Shown here piece by piece: positions 49,417 to 61,800 of a DNA stretch of 64,000 nt. The position numbers and the translations under genes are program-made. Under the pieces are notes generated by a model. That model ran no database searches. It was not told where the DNA came from and saw nothing but the letters and a program-made list of their open reading frames with translations. The stretch comes from Basidiobolus meristosporus CBS 931.73 (taxonomy: Eukaryota; Fungi; Basidiobolomycota). Each line of letters begins with the position of its first letter. Within the stretch, counting starts at the first letter, position 1. Location: positions 62,001-126,000 of the forward strand of contig MCFE01000118.1 of assembly GCA_002104905.1 (NCBI GenBank), written 5' to 3'.

Positions 49417-49784
49417 TGTTACAATTTAAGAAGTGATTTGTATATAAGGAGCTTATCAGGAAACAGTGATAATGGTATAAATGTTGTTTATTTGCAAAGA
49501 AGCTCAGTATTTATTCCTTTGTAAAAGTAATACAACTTCAGCACTAAGTAAGGAGTGCTTCTCAACAAAAGTAGCATTCTGTAACAGTTTCAGGGTTAGT
49601 ACATAATGCTTGGTAAGAGTGCTAATTTGCTCTTGACTCTAAGGGAAAACTCATAGGATCATAGATCTGAAGAATGTGACAGCATTTGGGCTGTAAATAA
49701 GTCCTACAGTGACCAAAGCTAGTTCAGAATTGTTAAGTAAACTTTTAGCTGCTGAATGAGATCATAAAGTCCAATATTTTGACA
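49417..49784 (-). repeat. 5' LTR, copia B (368 bp)
   Basis: Minus strand TGTCAAAA...TTGTAACA, followed by the PBS. Homologous to 13380-13748 and 34563-34747. Confidence 0.88.
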
Positions 49785-51545
49785 TCAACAAGAACCCTAT
49801 ACCTTTTCAAGCCTAAGAACATAGTGAGGTGAAGGATGAACTTGAAGATAACTCAGAGCCCTCATTCCTTATGGCAGAAGAATTCGCATTGCAAATGACC
49901 TTAAACTCAGGGAAGCTATTAAACTTGAATGGAGTATTCAATGGAGTGCCTACCAAGATCATAATTGACTCAGGAGCATCACACAGGTACATATCAGGAC
50001 AATTTGGCTTGAAAGCTGGAACCAACTTTAAATCCACCAAATCAACTTCAGTCTCAACAGCTGTTGGGAACTTACACATGATCAACTGTGTTACTCAGCC
50101 AGTAAGAATGAAGATTAATGACTTTGAAGATGACCTACAGGCCTACATATTTGGGAGCTGCAAGCTTGACCTGTATTTGTAAAGACCTGGCTATTTTGTA
50201 GTAACATATAAATCTACTGGAGAACCCTTGTTACTCAGATCCACAAGAACAATGAGAATTATGAGCTATTACCTGACAGACTGGATTTCAGCTTGGTCAA
50301 TTGTAGTGTGAGTGAATCAAGTGAGCTTGGCAAGACACAGTTCTATAGAACACTTAGGAAAGGCACCCAAATGTTCCTCATGGTGGTATTACAGGAAAAT
50401 TCCTCTACTGCATCACCCCAAAGGTCCAGACTCCTTTGAAGGAATATTCAGAAAAGTTTCCAGATGAATTTGTCAGCCTACCACCAGTCAGAGACATAAA
50501 TCATGCTATTGACACAGGAGATAGCCCTCCAGTCAGCAAGACACCTTACAGAAAAATTCCATTGGAATTGGAAAAGATAAAGAGACATATAGGTCAGTTA
50601 TTGGAGCAAGGATATATCACACACAGCAAGTCACCTTAGGGGGGCACCAGTGCTTTTTGTGAAAAAAAAGGATGGAACACTTAGGATGTGCATTGACCAC
50701 TGAGCCCTTAACTCATTTACCTTGAAGAATAAGCACCCCATACCTTGGATAGAGGAGCTTTTGGCACAGCTCAATAGAGTAACCCTATTCAGCAAGATTG
50801 ACCTCATGGCAGGATACACTCAAATAAGGTTGAAACCAGAAGATATCCCTACAACAGCACTCAGGACCAGATATGGACATTTTATGCACTTAGTCATGGA
50901 TTTTTGCTTCACCAATGCTCCTGCAACATCCATGACCTTGATGCAAACTGTCTTCCAGGAGTACTTGGGCAAGTTTGTGGTAATATATCTAGAAAACACA
51001 TTGATATACTGCAAGACAGAATAAGACCACTTAGTGCACATTGAAAGGTCATGAAGAAGCTAAGAGATAACAAGCTATATGGCATGCTAGCAAAGTGTGA
51101 GTTCTTCAAGGAGCAAACTGAGTATCTAGGATACATAGTGGCTAGCTCTGGAATCACCTTAGACCCTGCAAGAGTTGAAGTTATCAAGAATCTGAAGCAG
51201 CCTTATAGCATTTCAGAACTCAGATCATTCCTTGCAATGGCTCCCTATTATCAGAGATTGTTTAAGTTGTTTGCAGCTATTGCAGCCTCTTTAGGTGATA
51301 TCTATAAGAAACACAACACCATGAAGTGGGACACTGCTTGTGAGACTACCTTTCAGAAGCTGAAGTATGAGGCTGCTCAGCTGCCAGGCTTAAGAATACC
51401 TGGCTTCAGAAATGAGCTTACTCTGTGCACAGATGCTTCAGATTATGCATTTGGTGGAGTAGTGAGCCAAGAACATGATGGAAAGGACTTCCCAATTGCT
51501 GTTGAATTTAAGAAGTTGAGCTCAGCAGAAGAAAACTGTCCAGTG
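49785..51545 (+). pseudogene. Older gypsy C fragment (protease, RT, start of RNase H)
   Basis: 'KIIIDSGASH', '[17 protein letters not shown]', 'SKIDLMAGYTQI' and 'TDASDYAFGGVV' match copies 1 and 2. Confidence 0.88.
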
Positions 51546-52533
51546 CATGAGAAACTTATACACCACCACATTGCTTGAATTTCTTAATTCTTCATCCAGG
51601 AGCCTTCCATATAGGCAACTTAAGGTTGAATCTTCAGTTCTGGTCTTTAGGGCTGATGCAAGGCCCCAAAACATGTCTGGCAGGCTACTCAGGATGGTTA
51701 CTATCACATCCTCATCAGTAGTTGGTATGCTCACAGATTCTTTTGTATCCACCAGCAGGATAATTCTTTTAATTAGATTTTTCATTTCTTCTCCTGGCTG
51801 CATCTAGTAGTGAAGAATTTTTATTTAAGATACATTTTCTTGGCAGCTGATCATGACTGGTGGATGTCATCCAATGCCTTCCAGGCATTCTTTGCTGTTT
51901 TTGCTCTTAAGCATTGAATTAGCAATTTGTCTTTAACAATAATGCAAATGCAGTTAAAAGGACTTTGTTCTTTCCTTTTGGCACTTTAAGGCTTCCTCTC
52001 CCACATTTTAGGTGGGCATTCTTGTCCCATGACAATATCCCTGGGACATCTTTTTTGTTGCTGCATCTTCATATTCACCTTTCACAATTGGAAGTTAGAT
52101 CCATCCAATTTTTGAGCAGAGGGAGAATTTCCAGTACTAGCAGTTGTAGAGATTGCAGAGAGTGACAGCACAAGGCTCATAACCTATTGTACAAGTATTG
52201 GAAATACTGGAAGTGATTGGGAGGACAAGTGGATTATGTGGTTTTCACTTAATGATTTATGTAATGTTAAGTAGTATTTGTAATTTTATATGGTCTTGGC
52301 ATAACAAATGCATAGAATAGCTTTAGAGAGGTCCCAAGAACATGTGTGCAAAGCTTGGAGCTGTTTAGACAACTTTGAGAATTTACACATTCTGGGTACC
52401 TGATATTTTGGTGAAAATATTCCAAGTAAATCCCAACAAGGAATTTGGTCCGTGTTCTCTAGGATTTGAAAATACTGATCTAAGTGACCAAGTTAGGTGA
52501 ATATCTAGGTGAAGCTACAAATTCTTACAAAAC
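51546..52533 (-). mobile_element. copia A 5' fragment (LTR 52185-52533, PBS, gag part)
   Basis: PBS GGTTATGAGCC at 52174-52184. 'MQPGEEMKNLIKRIILLVD' matches ORF 4531. Confidence 0.85.
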
Positions 52534-53168
52534 TTATAAGGATTCACAACAGGATTGTGTGGGATGTTCTGATGCTCATTGGGGGCAAAATTCAGAAGAC
52601 AGAAGATTCAGCACAGGATACACTTTTCTTTACTGTCAAGGAGCAATCTCATGGAACTCAAGAAAGCAACCAGCTGTAGCACTTTCCACCACAGTGGTAT
52701 CATATATAGCAGCCTGTGAAGCTACAAAGGAAGCAATGTGGCTGAGAAAACCTTTTACAAATATAGGCCTATGTCAAAAAAATGCCTATTACTTTATTTG
52801 AAGATAGTATAGGATGTAAACAACTGGGTATAAATCCAACTTTCATGCCAGAACTAACCACATAGCTATTAGACATTATTTCATATGTGAAGTTATAAAG
52901 AACAACTTAGTTAGCTTAGGTTAATGTCCTCAGATGAAATGATGCAGACATGTTTACAAAACCACTGACTAGAGACAACTTAGAGTATTTTAGGTCAAAA
53001 TTAGGACCAGTCAATATGAGCATTGAGCTGAATGGGAGAGTTGTAGAAATTAGTAATCCCACCTAAATATTTGCCCAACTTAGTCACTTAGATTACTACC
53101 TTCAAATCTTAGAGAATACTGACTAAATTCCTGGTGAAATTTACTTGGAATATTTTCACCAAAATATT
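52534..53168 (+). mobile_element. copia A 3' fragment (RNase H, PPT, LTR start 53039) cut by PHIS copy 2
   Basis: 'SDAHWGQNSEDRRFSTGYTF...SRKQPAVALSTT'. The LTR sequence stops at 'caccaaaatatt', directly before the PHIS TIR. Confidence 0.85.
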
Positions 53169-53351
53169 AGACTTGTTCCATTGGATATTGCCACATAGTG
53201 CCAGCCTCTTTATGGTGCTGGATCAATCTGGCACTCTATGGCACTATCTGGCACTATAACTTCTACCATGATGCCAGTGGTATGATACAGTTACTGGTAA
53301 TTTTACTCAATCTCATTTATGTTGCTCATAATAGTGCTTTCCTTGCTTTAT

Positions 53352-54235
53352 TTACTCTTCATAATGCTCCAGACACATTTCTCTCAGTGGATGTCTTCTT
53401 GTATGAACATACTCTGCATTAATAAGTATCTTAACTATTTTACCTATTCTGCTGTTTTCTCCTATTTATGACTTTCCTCTGTATTTACCTGCCAATATGC
53501 TGAATCTCTTCAGATATCCAAATGTGTGCTCTACCCTCACTCTGAAATGATTAAATATCTCATTGTAGAGCTTCTGCTTCCTGCTAAGCTCAACATTACT
53601 TGGCTTCCTATAAGCTGTAATACATCCTAATCTCTGACAATCCTCTCCTATATAGGCTAAGTCTGCCATACATTTCTCCCCTCTACTGAATTCAGGATGA
53701 TTCTCTACCCAGAGTGCTTTGTCATGCCTACTTCCAGCAAATGGCCCACTAAACCAGATGATGTTACCCTCAATGTCAGACAGTGCTTGAAACTTCACAC
53801 AGTGTGCCTTGTACTTGCCAGAATAAAAGTGCCTCTGCCCTCTAGAAGGTCTGTTAATCCTCACTGGGAAGGTATCCAAAAACTCCTGATATGGAACCTG
53901 TTGCTGAACACTCTGGGATATGGAAGTCTATTGGAGCTTCTGAACCTAGTATTCCAAGCTTGCTCTAAGTCATTCATACCCACTGCAAGGTGGTCCTCCA
54001 TTGCTGTCAGCTGGGAATGAAAGCTTCTAAGACTTTTGTTGCCATGGATGGTGGGTTGAAACCTTGTAGGGCAATAGTTCTTGTAATAGCAGAGAAGCTT
54101 AACAAGGGATCTCCTTGAGTAGATTGGGGTAGATGGTCCACAGTACTTGGAATAGATCTCCTCTAGTGTGTCAAAAGGAAATCCAGTGGTAGTGATGGGA
54201 TAGATGAGAAAAGACCATTCAGATGAGTAAGTCAT
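53352..54235 (-). pseudogene. PHIS DDE transposase, copy 2
   Basis: 'DTFPVRINRPSRGQRHFYSGKYKAHCVKFQ...GPFAGSRHD...MADLAYIG...RVRVEHTFG'. A 1-nt deletion at ~53880 and a stop at 53466. Confidence 0.9.
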
Positions 54236-54594
54236 ATTAAAACTGGTGGATGATTGTATGGAGGCAGTTTGAATCAATTTGGCGCAATCTGCATTATTTA
54301 TCTGATTTTTAATACATTATGGTTAAATCTCCATCAATTGCCATGTATCCCATCATTGTGTTGCAAAAATCATTTGCAAACAATGCCTTGGTACTTTTAT
54401 TGATGCTTTAATCATAGGCCTATAATCAAATAGGAAATCTGCAATTGATGTGATCTGATCTGTGTCAATGCAATCCAAGATGCATCATGCATAATATATG
54501 AAAAATTCGACAATCACATTGGTTTTCATTTATATTTCATATAACACCAGGTTGATGCCAATATACTGCTGTATAAGTATCTAAATTTGTTGCT

Positions 54595-55755
54595 ATGGTC
54601 CCCATACCAAGCCTCAACTTATCTTTAGTACAACCCAGACAAAACCCATTCCCCAGCTCACAAGCGCGGTCTGGACCAGAAAAGTTGATGTTGGATCCGT
54701 TTGAGTTCTTGCCAAATGCTTTTAGTATGGCCCAAGTGTCTATGATGAGCCTTCATACAGATATTTGGGCACTACTGATTAATCTAGCAGAACTAGATAC
54801 CTCAGAGAGTCAACAAAGATGGAAGAATTTGAGTAGAAAGCTGTGGCATGAGTTCTCCATCAAGATGCCAGCCAATGTATGTAAGAAGATATATAACAAG
54901 AGAAGTATTGAAATCAAGAATGAGCTGAGAGTGAGGGGATTTGACAAAGAAGCCATGCAGGAACAATTTTGCATGCAATTTGCACAGTACGGGCCGGACG
55001 CGTCCGTTTGTGCCTCAACTTTGGGAACCAAAGAGATTTTGAATGAGTTTTTGCCTCAAATGACTAATGTATTACAGGATATATTAGTAGAGCTAAGTGG
55101 CTTCCAAGAGCAATATACACAGGACACATCCAGGCAACAGCTCCAAAGTATCAGACAGAGGGTAAGTGAATACCTTGAGGAATCAGATGGTGAGCTATGG
55201 GAGGAAGAATACAGACCGCAAGCAACATTGTCCAGATCACGCCAGCATGCCTTGCTGGATGCCCTACCATCTCTTGCAACCACAGCGTGCTGGTGCATGT
55301 CAGTCCAGACCACGCTAACACCCTTTACCAGAACGCCCTGCATTGAGTCAACGTGCATTGAGCCAACGCACATGCTTCAGAGCAAAACTACAAGAACTTG
55401 CCAAACTGCTCATTTAGACACAAGTCCATTGGAGCAGACCAAGTTGCATCAACAAGCAGCATCACATCAAACTCAGCCAAGGGCCATCTCAACGTGTCAA
55501 GGTGCACCTGCACATGCAGTTATGCCTGACCATCAGCAGGTTACTTCTGGTAAACTGACTGATGATGACCAACATGAAGTGCCTCAACCACTGGAGCTCT
55601 TAGCAAGTAAAAGAACGCGTCAGCGCATGGCACTACAGGCCAGTTCAGTTGGTTCAGTCGGAGCAATTCAGCACGGCCAAGCTGCAGCATTGCACTCATC
55701 AACTAGGAGGCAAAATACTGACTACAAATACACAAGTAGCCAAGATGTGTGGTAA
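54595..55755 (+). CDS. PHIS accessory ORF2 (386 aa open; C-terminus displaced by LTR X); putative DNA-binding partner protein
   Basis: Longest non-retroviral ORF in the window, divergent from the transposase and conserved in three copies. 'QQRWKNLSRKLW' resembles the RWKNL helix of Myb/SANT/MADF-type domains (weak, by eye). The C-terminal half is low-complexity Q/S/T-rich. Confidence 0.72.
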   Translation: MVPIPSLNLSLVQPRQNPFPSSQARSGPEKLMLDPFEFLPNAFSMAQVSMMSLHTDIWALLINLAELDTSESQQRWKNLSRKLWHEFSIKMPANVCKKIYNKRSIEIKNELRVRGFDKEAMQEQFCMQFAQYGPDASVCASTLGTKEILNEFLPQMTNVLQDILVELSGFQEQYTQDTSRQQLQSIRQRVSEYLEESDGELWEEEYRPQATLSRSRQHALLDALPSLATTACWCMSVQTTLTPFTRTPCIESTCIEPTHMLQSKTTRTCQTAHLDTSPLEQTKLHQQAASHQTQPRAISTCQGAPAHAVMPDHQQVTSGKLTDDDQHEVPQPLELLASKRTRQRMALQASSVGSVGAIQHGQAAALHSSTRRQNTDYKYTSSQDVW

Positions 55756-56990
55756 TGGAAAGTATTCCATTACTACAATATCTCTAAACCAATATTGCAC
55801 TCATTTCTTTATTTTGCTTTTTGCTATTGTAACACACAAGAGAAAGATCAAGAATTTCCAACTTTGAAGAGCAAATGCTCCAGACCCTGACAAGCAATCC
55901 ACCCAAGAATATTATATCATACAGAACACGTAGTAGCCAACACATGTTTCAAATTACAGCTCATTTGAAGCAGTACTTAAGGAGTTATGACCAAAAGAGT
56001 CCAACTATTATATATACTATGCCTTATTGCTAGGATCACTATGGTGACTTTGATCGCGTGTAACTTTTGAACCAGCCAATCAAATCACGTGAAATTTTCA
56101 CAGGTGCTGCGCCTATGTCTGGTCTGCGCCACTGCAAAATTTTAGCTTCGTATCACGTGTATTGCTTGCGCAATTGCCCAAAAACTTTGATCCTTCAAAA
56201 TTTTCATATATATGACTTCCCCAGCTGAAAAATAAAGAAGGAGCCTCTCTTTCCAGAATCTCCACACTACGATTACAAGTTTAAAGGTTATAAGACTTCC
56301 CCTGCATCACTTGCACTGTTGAGTATTCTGACTTTGATCGGTACTACATCAGTAAAGAGACTGCAAAGCTCACAAGAATCCAATCTAAGTTCTACAAGAA
56401 ACTACCACTTTTCTGTCGGAAAAGTCCCCTCTAAGAAACCCCTTTACTCTAAAGACACCCCTTTAGACACCCCTTTAGTCTAAAGACCCCTTTAGAGACC
56501 CCTTTGAGAAACCCCTTTACTCTAAAGAAGCCCCTTTAGGCACCCCTTTAGTGTAGAGTCCACTTTAGAGACCACTACAAGAAGCCCCTTTACTCTAAAG
56601 ACACCCCTTTAGACACCCCTTTAGGTCTAAAGACCCCTTTAGAGACTTCTACAACACACCCCTTTAGGTTAAAGGGGAGTTCAGAATTTCCATATTAGGA
56701 AATATTTTCTCAGAAAGGAAATTGACTTCCAAATAAGGAAAAGTTACTATAAAAGTAAATAAGCCCATTAGTCGACAGAAGGTCAGAACACTGCTGTAGA
56801 AGTGATAAACACTGCCTACAGTATATTTTGAGCCCAAGATTGAGGAAATTAGTGAAAGTTATATCTTCTATCGGTATATCAAACTCCCAATAAAGTATTT
56901 CAGTATTAGCATACTGGAAGTTGTTGTATATTGTTGATTAGCCTCTACATTGTAGAACAAGCCCCAAACTAATCATAATACAACACAACA
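55748..56990 (+). mobile_element. Orphan solo LTR 'X' (1243 bp), 4-bp TSD GATG
   Basis: TGTGGT...ACAACA. GATG at 55744-55747 and 56991-56994. The empty site 'ccaagatgatagtc' is present in copy 1 (~9622-9635, minus). The strand is inferred from CCAAT/CACGTG upstream of TATATA at ~56205. Confidence 0.9.
56430..56672. repeat. Degenerate tandem array of CCCCTTTA(G)/CTAAAG units within LTR X
   Basis: Roughly 15 'ccccttt' units. A ~67-bp block 'aagaa.cccctttactctaaagacacccctttagacacccctttag.tctaaagacccctttagagac' recurs at ~56433 and ~56580. A decayed equivalent lies at ~31510-31690. Confidence 0.9.
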
Positions 56991-57689
56991 GATGATAGTC
57001 AGCCAGGAAGTAGTATAGGTGTGCAAAGTGAGTCACTACCAAATGCTTCAGTAATAATCCCTGTGAGAAAAAACCCAGGAGAAGATGATGCAATTGCTTT
57101 GAATCACTCACATTTGTAATGATCCCAACAACCCATTTTTTTGCAATCCAAATCAAGCCATTGCCAATCAGTGATCATCAATTTTTTGATATAAGTAAAA
57201 TTGAGGTTGTCTCACATTTGAGACAGAACCCCTATAAATATACACCCTGCATATATATACGTCATCTGTAATACCAGTGCAGCAATTGGATCTGTTTTGC
57301 GCCTACACAATTGCTTGCATGCTAGCTATGACACCTTGTCCAATCACTAGGATCAGGGATTTACTTCCTCAATGGGCAAAATGGGATATATGATGGCAAA
57401 TCAGGTAGCTTTTTCAGTAGTCAATGAGCCAATTAGGGGCTGCCAGCTTCAGGATACTTTGGGACCAATTAACCACTGAGATACCGTCCAATTGGAGTGA
57501 GGGTAACCAAAATGGTAAGTATCAGTGTAGTTTATAGTGTGATACACATTTATTTCCATTTACATTAAAGAAACATATCCAAATACCGGATTTTACCTGC
57601 CATAATAGTGGTATCCAATCATGCACGTGATGCAAACATTGCAAGTTGGCGCAATCATCTGTGCCAACCTCATTGTGTCAGATTGTTAA

Positions 57690-58868
57690 TGTATCAAGGT
57701 ATTCATTTACCCTCTGTGTGATACTTTGGAACTGTTGCCATGATGAGCCCTGTGAGTATTGCTCTTGGAAGCCATTTAGCTCTGTTAATATATCATGCAG
57801 TACATTGGTCATTTTAGGCAAAAATTAATTCAAAATCTCATTGGGTCCCAAAGTTGTGGCACAAATGGATGCATCCAGCCTGTACTGTGCAAATTGTGTG
57901 TGGAACTTTTTACGTGCGGCTTCCTCATCAAATCCCCTCTCTCTCAGCTCATTCTTGATTTAAATTCTTGTCTTGTTATATATCTTCTTGTGTACATCTG
58001 CTAGCATCTTAATGTAGGACTCATGCCACACCTTTCTACTCAGATTCTTCCATTTCTGTCAACTGTCTGAGGTATCCAGTTCTGCTAGATTAATGACTAG
58101 TGCCCAACTATCTGTATGAAGGCTCATCATAGACACTTGGGCCATACTAAAATCATTTGGCAAGAACTCAAACAGATCCAACATTGACTTTTCTGGTCCA
58201 TACTGCACTTGTCAGCTATGGATTGGGTTTATCTGACTTGTACTAAAGATGAGTTGGGACTTGGTATAGGGACCATAGTGACCAATTTGGATACTTATAG
58301 AGTAGTTTATAGGTATCAAGCAGGTCTTGTATCAGATATATATGGAAACCAATGTGATTGTTGAGTTTTCAATATATTATGCGTGATGCATCTTGGATTG
58401 CATTGACATGTATCAGATCACATCAATTACAGATTTCCTATTTGATTATAGAGTTGTGAGTAAGTCATCCACAAAACCACCAAGTCATTGTTTGAGGAAG
58501 TTTTTTGCAATATAATGATTGGATACATGGCAATTGATGGAGATTTAATTGTAGTGCATGGAAAATCAGATAAATTAAGCTGATTGCACCAATTTGATTC
58601 ACATCACCTCTGTTTGATCATACACTAATTTTGATATGACTTACTCATCTTAATGGTCTTTTCTAATCAATCCCATTACTATGGCTGATTTCCTTTTGGC
58701 ACATTAAAGGAGATCTATACCAAGCACTATGGACCATCTACCCCAATTTACTCAAGTAGATCCCTTGTTAAGCTACTCTGCTATTACACAAACTATTGGC
58801 ATGCAAAGTTTCATCCCACCATCCATGGCAACAAAAGTGCTAGAAGCTTTGATTCACAACTGACTACA
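57690..58868 (+). mobile_element. PHIS copy 3, older internal fragment (ORF2 5' half, intergenic region, transposase start)
   Basis: Colinear with ~10045-11370 in the same orientation as copy 1. Confidence 0.85.
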
Positions 58869-58869
58869 G

Positions 58870-61800
58870 GCCTTAAAGTACTAGAAGCAAGAACAATGTG
58901 CCTTTAACTGCATTTGCCTTAATGTTAAGGACAAATTGCTAATTCAATGCTCAAGAGCAAAAACAGCAAAAAACGCCTGGAAAGCATTAGAAGGCATCTC
59001 CCAGTCATGTTCAGCTGCTAAGAAAATGTATATGAGTCAAAAATTCTTTACTACAAAGATGCTGCCAGGAGAAGAAATGAAAAATCTAGCAACAGAATTA
59101 CCCTGCTGGTAGATGAAATGGAATCTGTGGGAGTACCAGCTACTGATGAGGATGTGAAAGTTACCATCCTGAATACCCTGACAGACAAGCTTTGGGGCCT
59201 TGTATCAGCCCTAGAGTCCAGAACTGAAGATTTGACCCTTGATTACGTATATGGAAGGATCCTGGATGAAAATTTAAGAAAATCAAGCGCCAATAAGAAG
59301 GAAGAAGAAAATGCTTTAATAAGCAATGATAACCAGCAAAAGAGGTACCCAAGACCCTACAAAGGCAACAGAAACCTGTTTTGTAACTACTGCAAAAGGA
59401 AAGGACACACATCAGACCAGTACTTCAAAAAGAAAGATAGTCGGCAGAAAAAGCCTGAATATGGAAATGCTGCAACAACTGAAGATAGACTATTCATATC
59501 TGCACTAAATATGACTACAAACAAGGGTCCTCAGATGTGGTATATTGACTCTGGAGTATCTCAACACTTTACACACCAAAAAGAACTTTTTACCCAATAT
59601 CAAGAAATTCCAATTAAGAAAGTTTTCATGGGTGACAATAGAACACTTGATGCATTGGGAGAAGGAACTATCCTAGCAAACCTGAGAAGCAGTGAAGGAA
59701 GCCATACACTGACTTTCAAAGAAGTACTCTATGTACCCAAAATAGCCAAGAACATATTATCTGTAAGAAGGCCACTGGAGAAGGACTCAATTTCAGCTTT
59801 GACAATTCTGGATGCAAGATCACTGATCAAAATGGTGCCCATTTTGCTTTGGGTATCAGAGATCAGAATCTCTACAAGTTGACTTATATTCCATCATATC
59901 TAGAAGCCTATGTAAGTAACTCAAATGAAGAAACACCAATGCTTTGGCACAGGAGATTTGGACACATCAATATTGATTATTTGCACAAAATGATCATAGA
60001 TTGGCAAATTTCTGGAGTAAAAATTGATCCCCCAGCTAGTTTGGAGTACTGTGAAGCCTGTATATATGGGAAACAACCCAGACAACAGTTCAAGAGCTCT
60101 GGGTTGATCAAAACTAAGAAAAAATTAGATCTAATTCACTCAGATCTGTGTGGACCTATGCAAAATTTATCCTTAGGTGGAATGAAGTATTTAATCACTT
60201 TTGTTGATGATTATACAAGATCCGCATGGGTCTACTTCATGGACAAAAAAAACAAGCTCTGTCTAAGCTCAGGGAGCTCAAAGCCATGGTGGAGAGAGAA
60301 ACTGGTGAAAAAATCAAGAAAATACCCTCTGACAATGGTGGAGAATATACCTCAAAACTCTTCATCCACTTCTGCAAAATTTATGGGATAAAGCAAGAGA
60401 CTACTGTAACATACTCCCCACAGCAAATTGGAGTAGCAGAACTTGCTAACAGATCAATAATTGATATGTCAAGATCTATGAATCATAATCAAAAATTATC
60501 CTATAATATCTGGGTAGAATCAGTTGCCACTTCTGTATACCTTGAAATAGGAGTCATAACAGAAGACTTAGTGATTCTACTCCATTTAAAGCATGGTTGG
60601 ATACAGACCAAGTGCAGAACATCTATGAATATTTGGGTGTGCAGCATATGCCAAGAAACTGCCCAGTAATCAGTCAAAATTTGAACCAAAAAGTGTAAAA
60701 TGCATATTTTTGGGTTACTGTAATAAGAGTAAAGCATACAGACTCTACAATACCAAAGCAACAAAGCTAATCAAGTCCAGAGATGTGTTGTGTGATGAAA
60801 ATTCAAAATGTTGACAAAAAATGTCATCAGATGATGATAACAATCTGATCCTAAGTCCACCAATTGTCAGGATTGAATCAGAGCAAAACAGTGAAATTTT
60901 TTCACTCCAGAGGCCTCTACAACCATGTTTCAGCCAGAATCAGTGCCCAGGAATATCCCAGAAGTGACCATACCAGTATCAAATGCCCAGAGATCCAACC
61001 AGTCAAGAAATAGACCAAATTACTATATCAGTGAGGGTACTAACTTAGCCTATGCCTATTCAGTCCATATTGATGAACCCCAGACTGTAAAAGAGGCCCT
61101 AAATAGCCCTCAGACAAAGCTTTGGAGATCTGCAACAACTGAGGAATATCAGGCCCTGATGGAAAATCAAACTTGGAACTTGATCAAATTACCAATCAAC
61201 CAAAAATCAATTTGATGCAGATGGGTCTTCAAGATAAAATACCAGGCTGATGGTACAATTGAAAGATACAAAGCAAAACTTGTGGTCAAAGAATACTCTC
61301 CAACAAAAGGATCTGACTATACCGAGACCTTTGCACTGGTAGCCAAGTTTAATTCCATCAGATTAATATTGGCTATTGCAGCCAAATATAAGTTTTTTAT
61401 TCATCAAATGGATGTAAAAACTGCATTTTTGAATGGGGAACTTGATGAGGACTTGTATATGGACCAGCCTCATGGGCCTGTTGACCAAGATAACCCCCAT
61501 TTGGTCTGCAAGCTTAAAAAGTCACTATATGGTCTCATACAATCATCAAGAGCCTGGAATTGCAAGATAGATTCTTATTTGGAATCTTTTAGTTTCAAAA
61601 GGAGTAATGCTGTCTATAGTATATACTATAAGCCAGATAGAGTATATCCAGTTCTGTTAGCTCTATGTGTGGGTGATCTTCTTATTGCCGCCATTAACCT
61701 AGAAATATTGGAAGAGACTAAATCCAGCCTATCTAAGGAGTTCAAGATGTCCAATCTAGGAGAACTCAGTTACTACTTAGGGATTACGTTCTCCATAGAC

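Larger units (their letters stand above)
34563..49784 (-). mobile_element. Copia B element (5' LTR 49417-49784; partial 3' LTR 34563-34747) expanded to ~15 kb by nested insertions
   Basis: PBS GGTTATAAGCCC at 49405-49416. Gag with CCHC 'CKYCMEPAHWAREC'. RT 'EEIFAPVAKLDSIRAVLAL'. RNase H 'TGYVFLHSGAAITWHCKKQPTVALSTTE'. PPT AAGGGGAG precedes TGTTG at 34747. The reading frame rejoins across each insert. Confidence 0.85.
53169..57685 (-). mobile_element. PHIS DNA transposon copy 2 (right TIR at 53169; far end truncated)
   Basis: ATT flank, then AGACTTGTTCCATTGGATATTGCCAC. Transposase (-), ORF2 (+), LTR X insert. Reverse complement of copy 1. Confidence 0.9.

Noticed and set aside
56430-56672. 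CCCCTTTA array as telomeric repeat or CRISPR
   Set aside because: The units are not CCCTAA/CCCTAAA, are irregular and lie inside a TSD-flanked LTR. There is no constant repeat with unique spacers and no cas gene.
3434-57685. PHIS copies 1 and 2 as arms of one giant inverted-repeat element or a segmental inversion
   Set aside because: Homology stops at the element termini, the flanks are unrelated, and each copy has its own later insertions.
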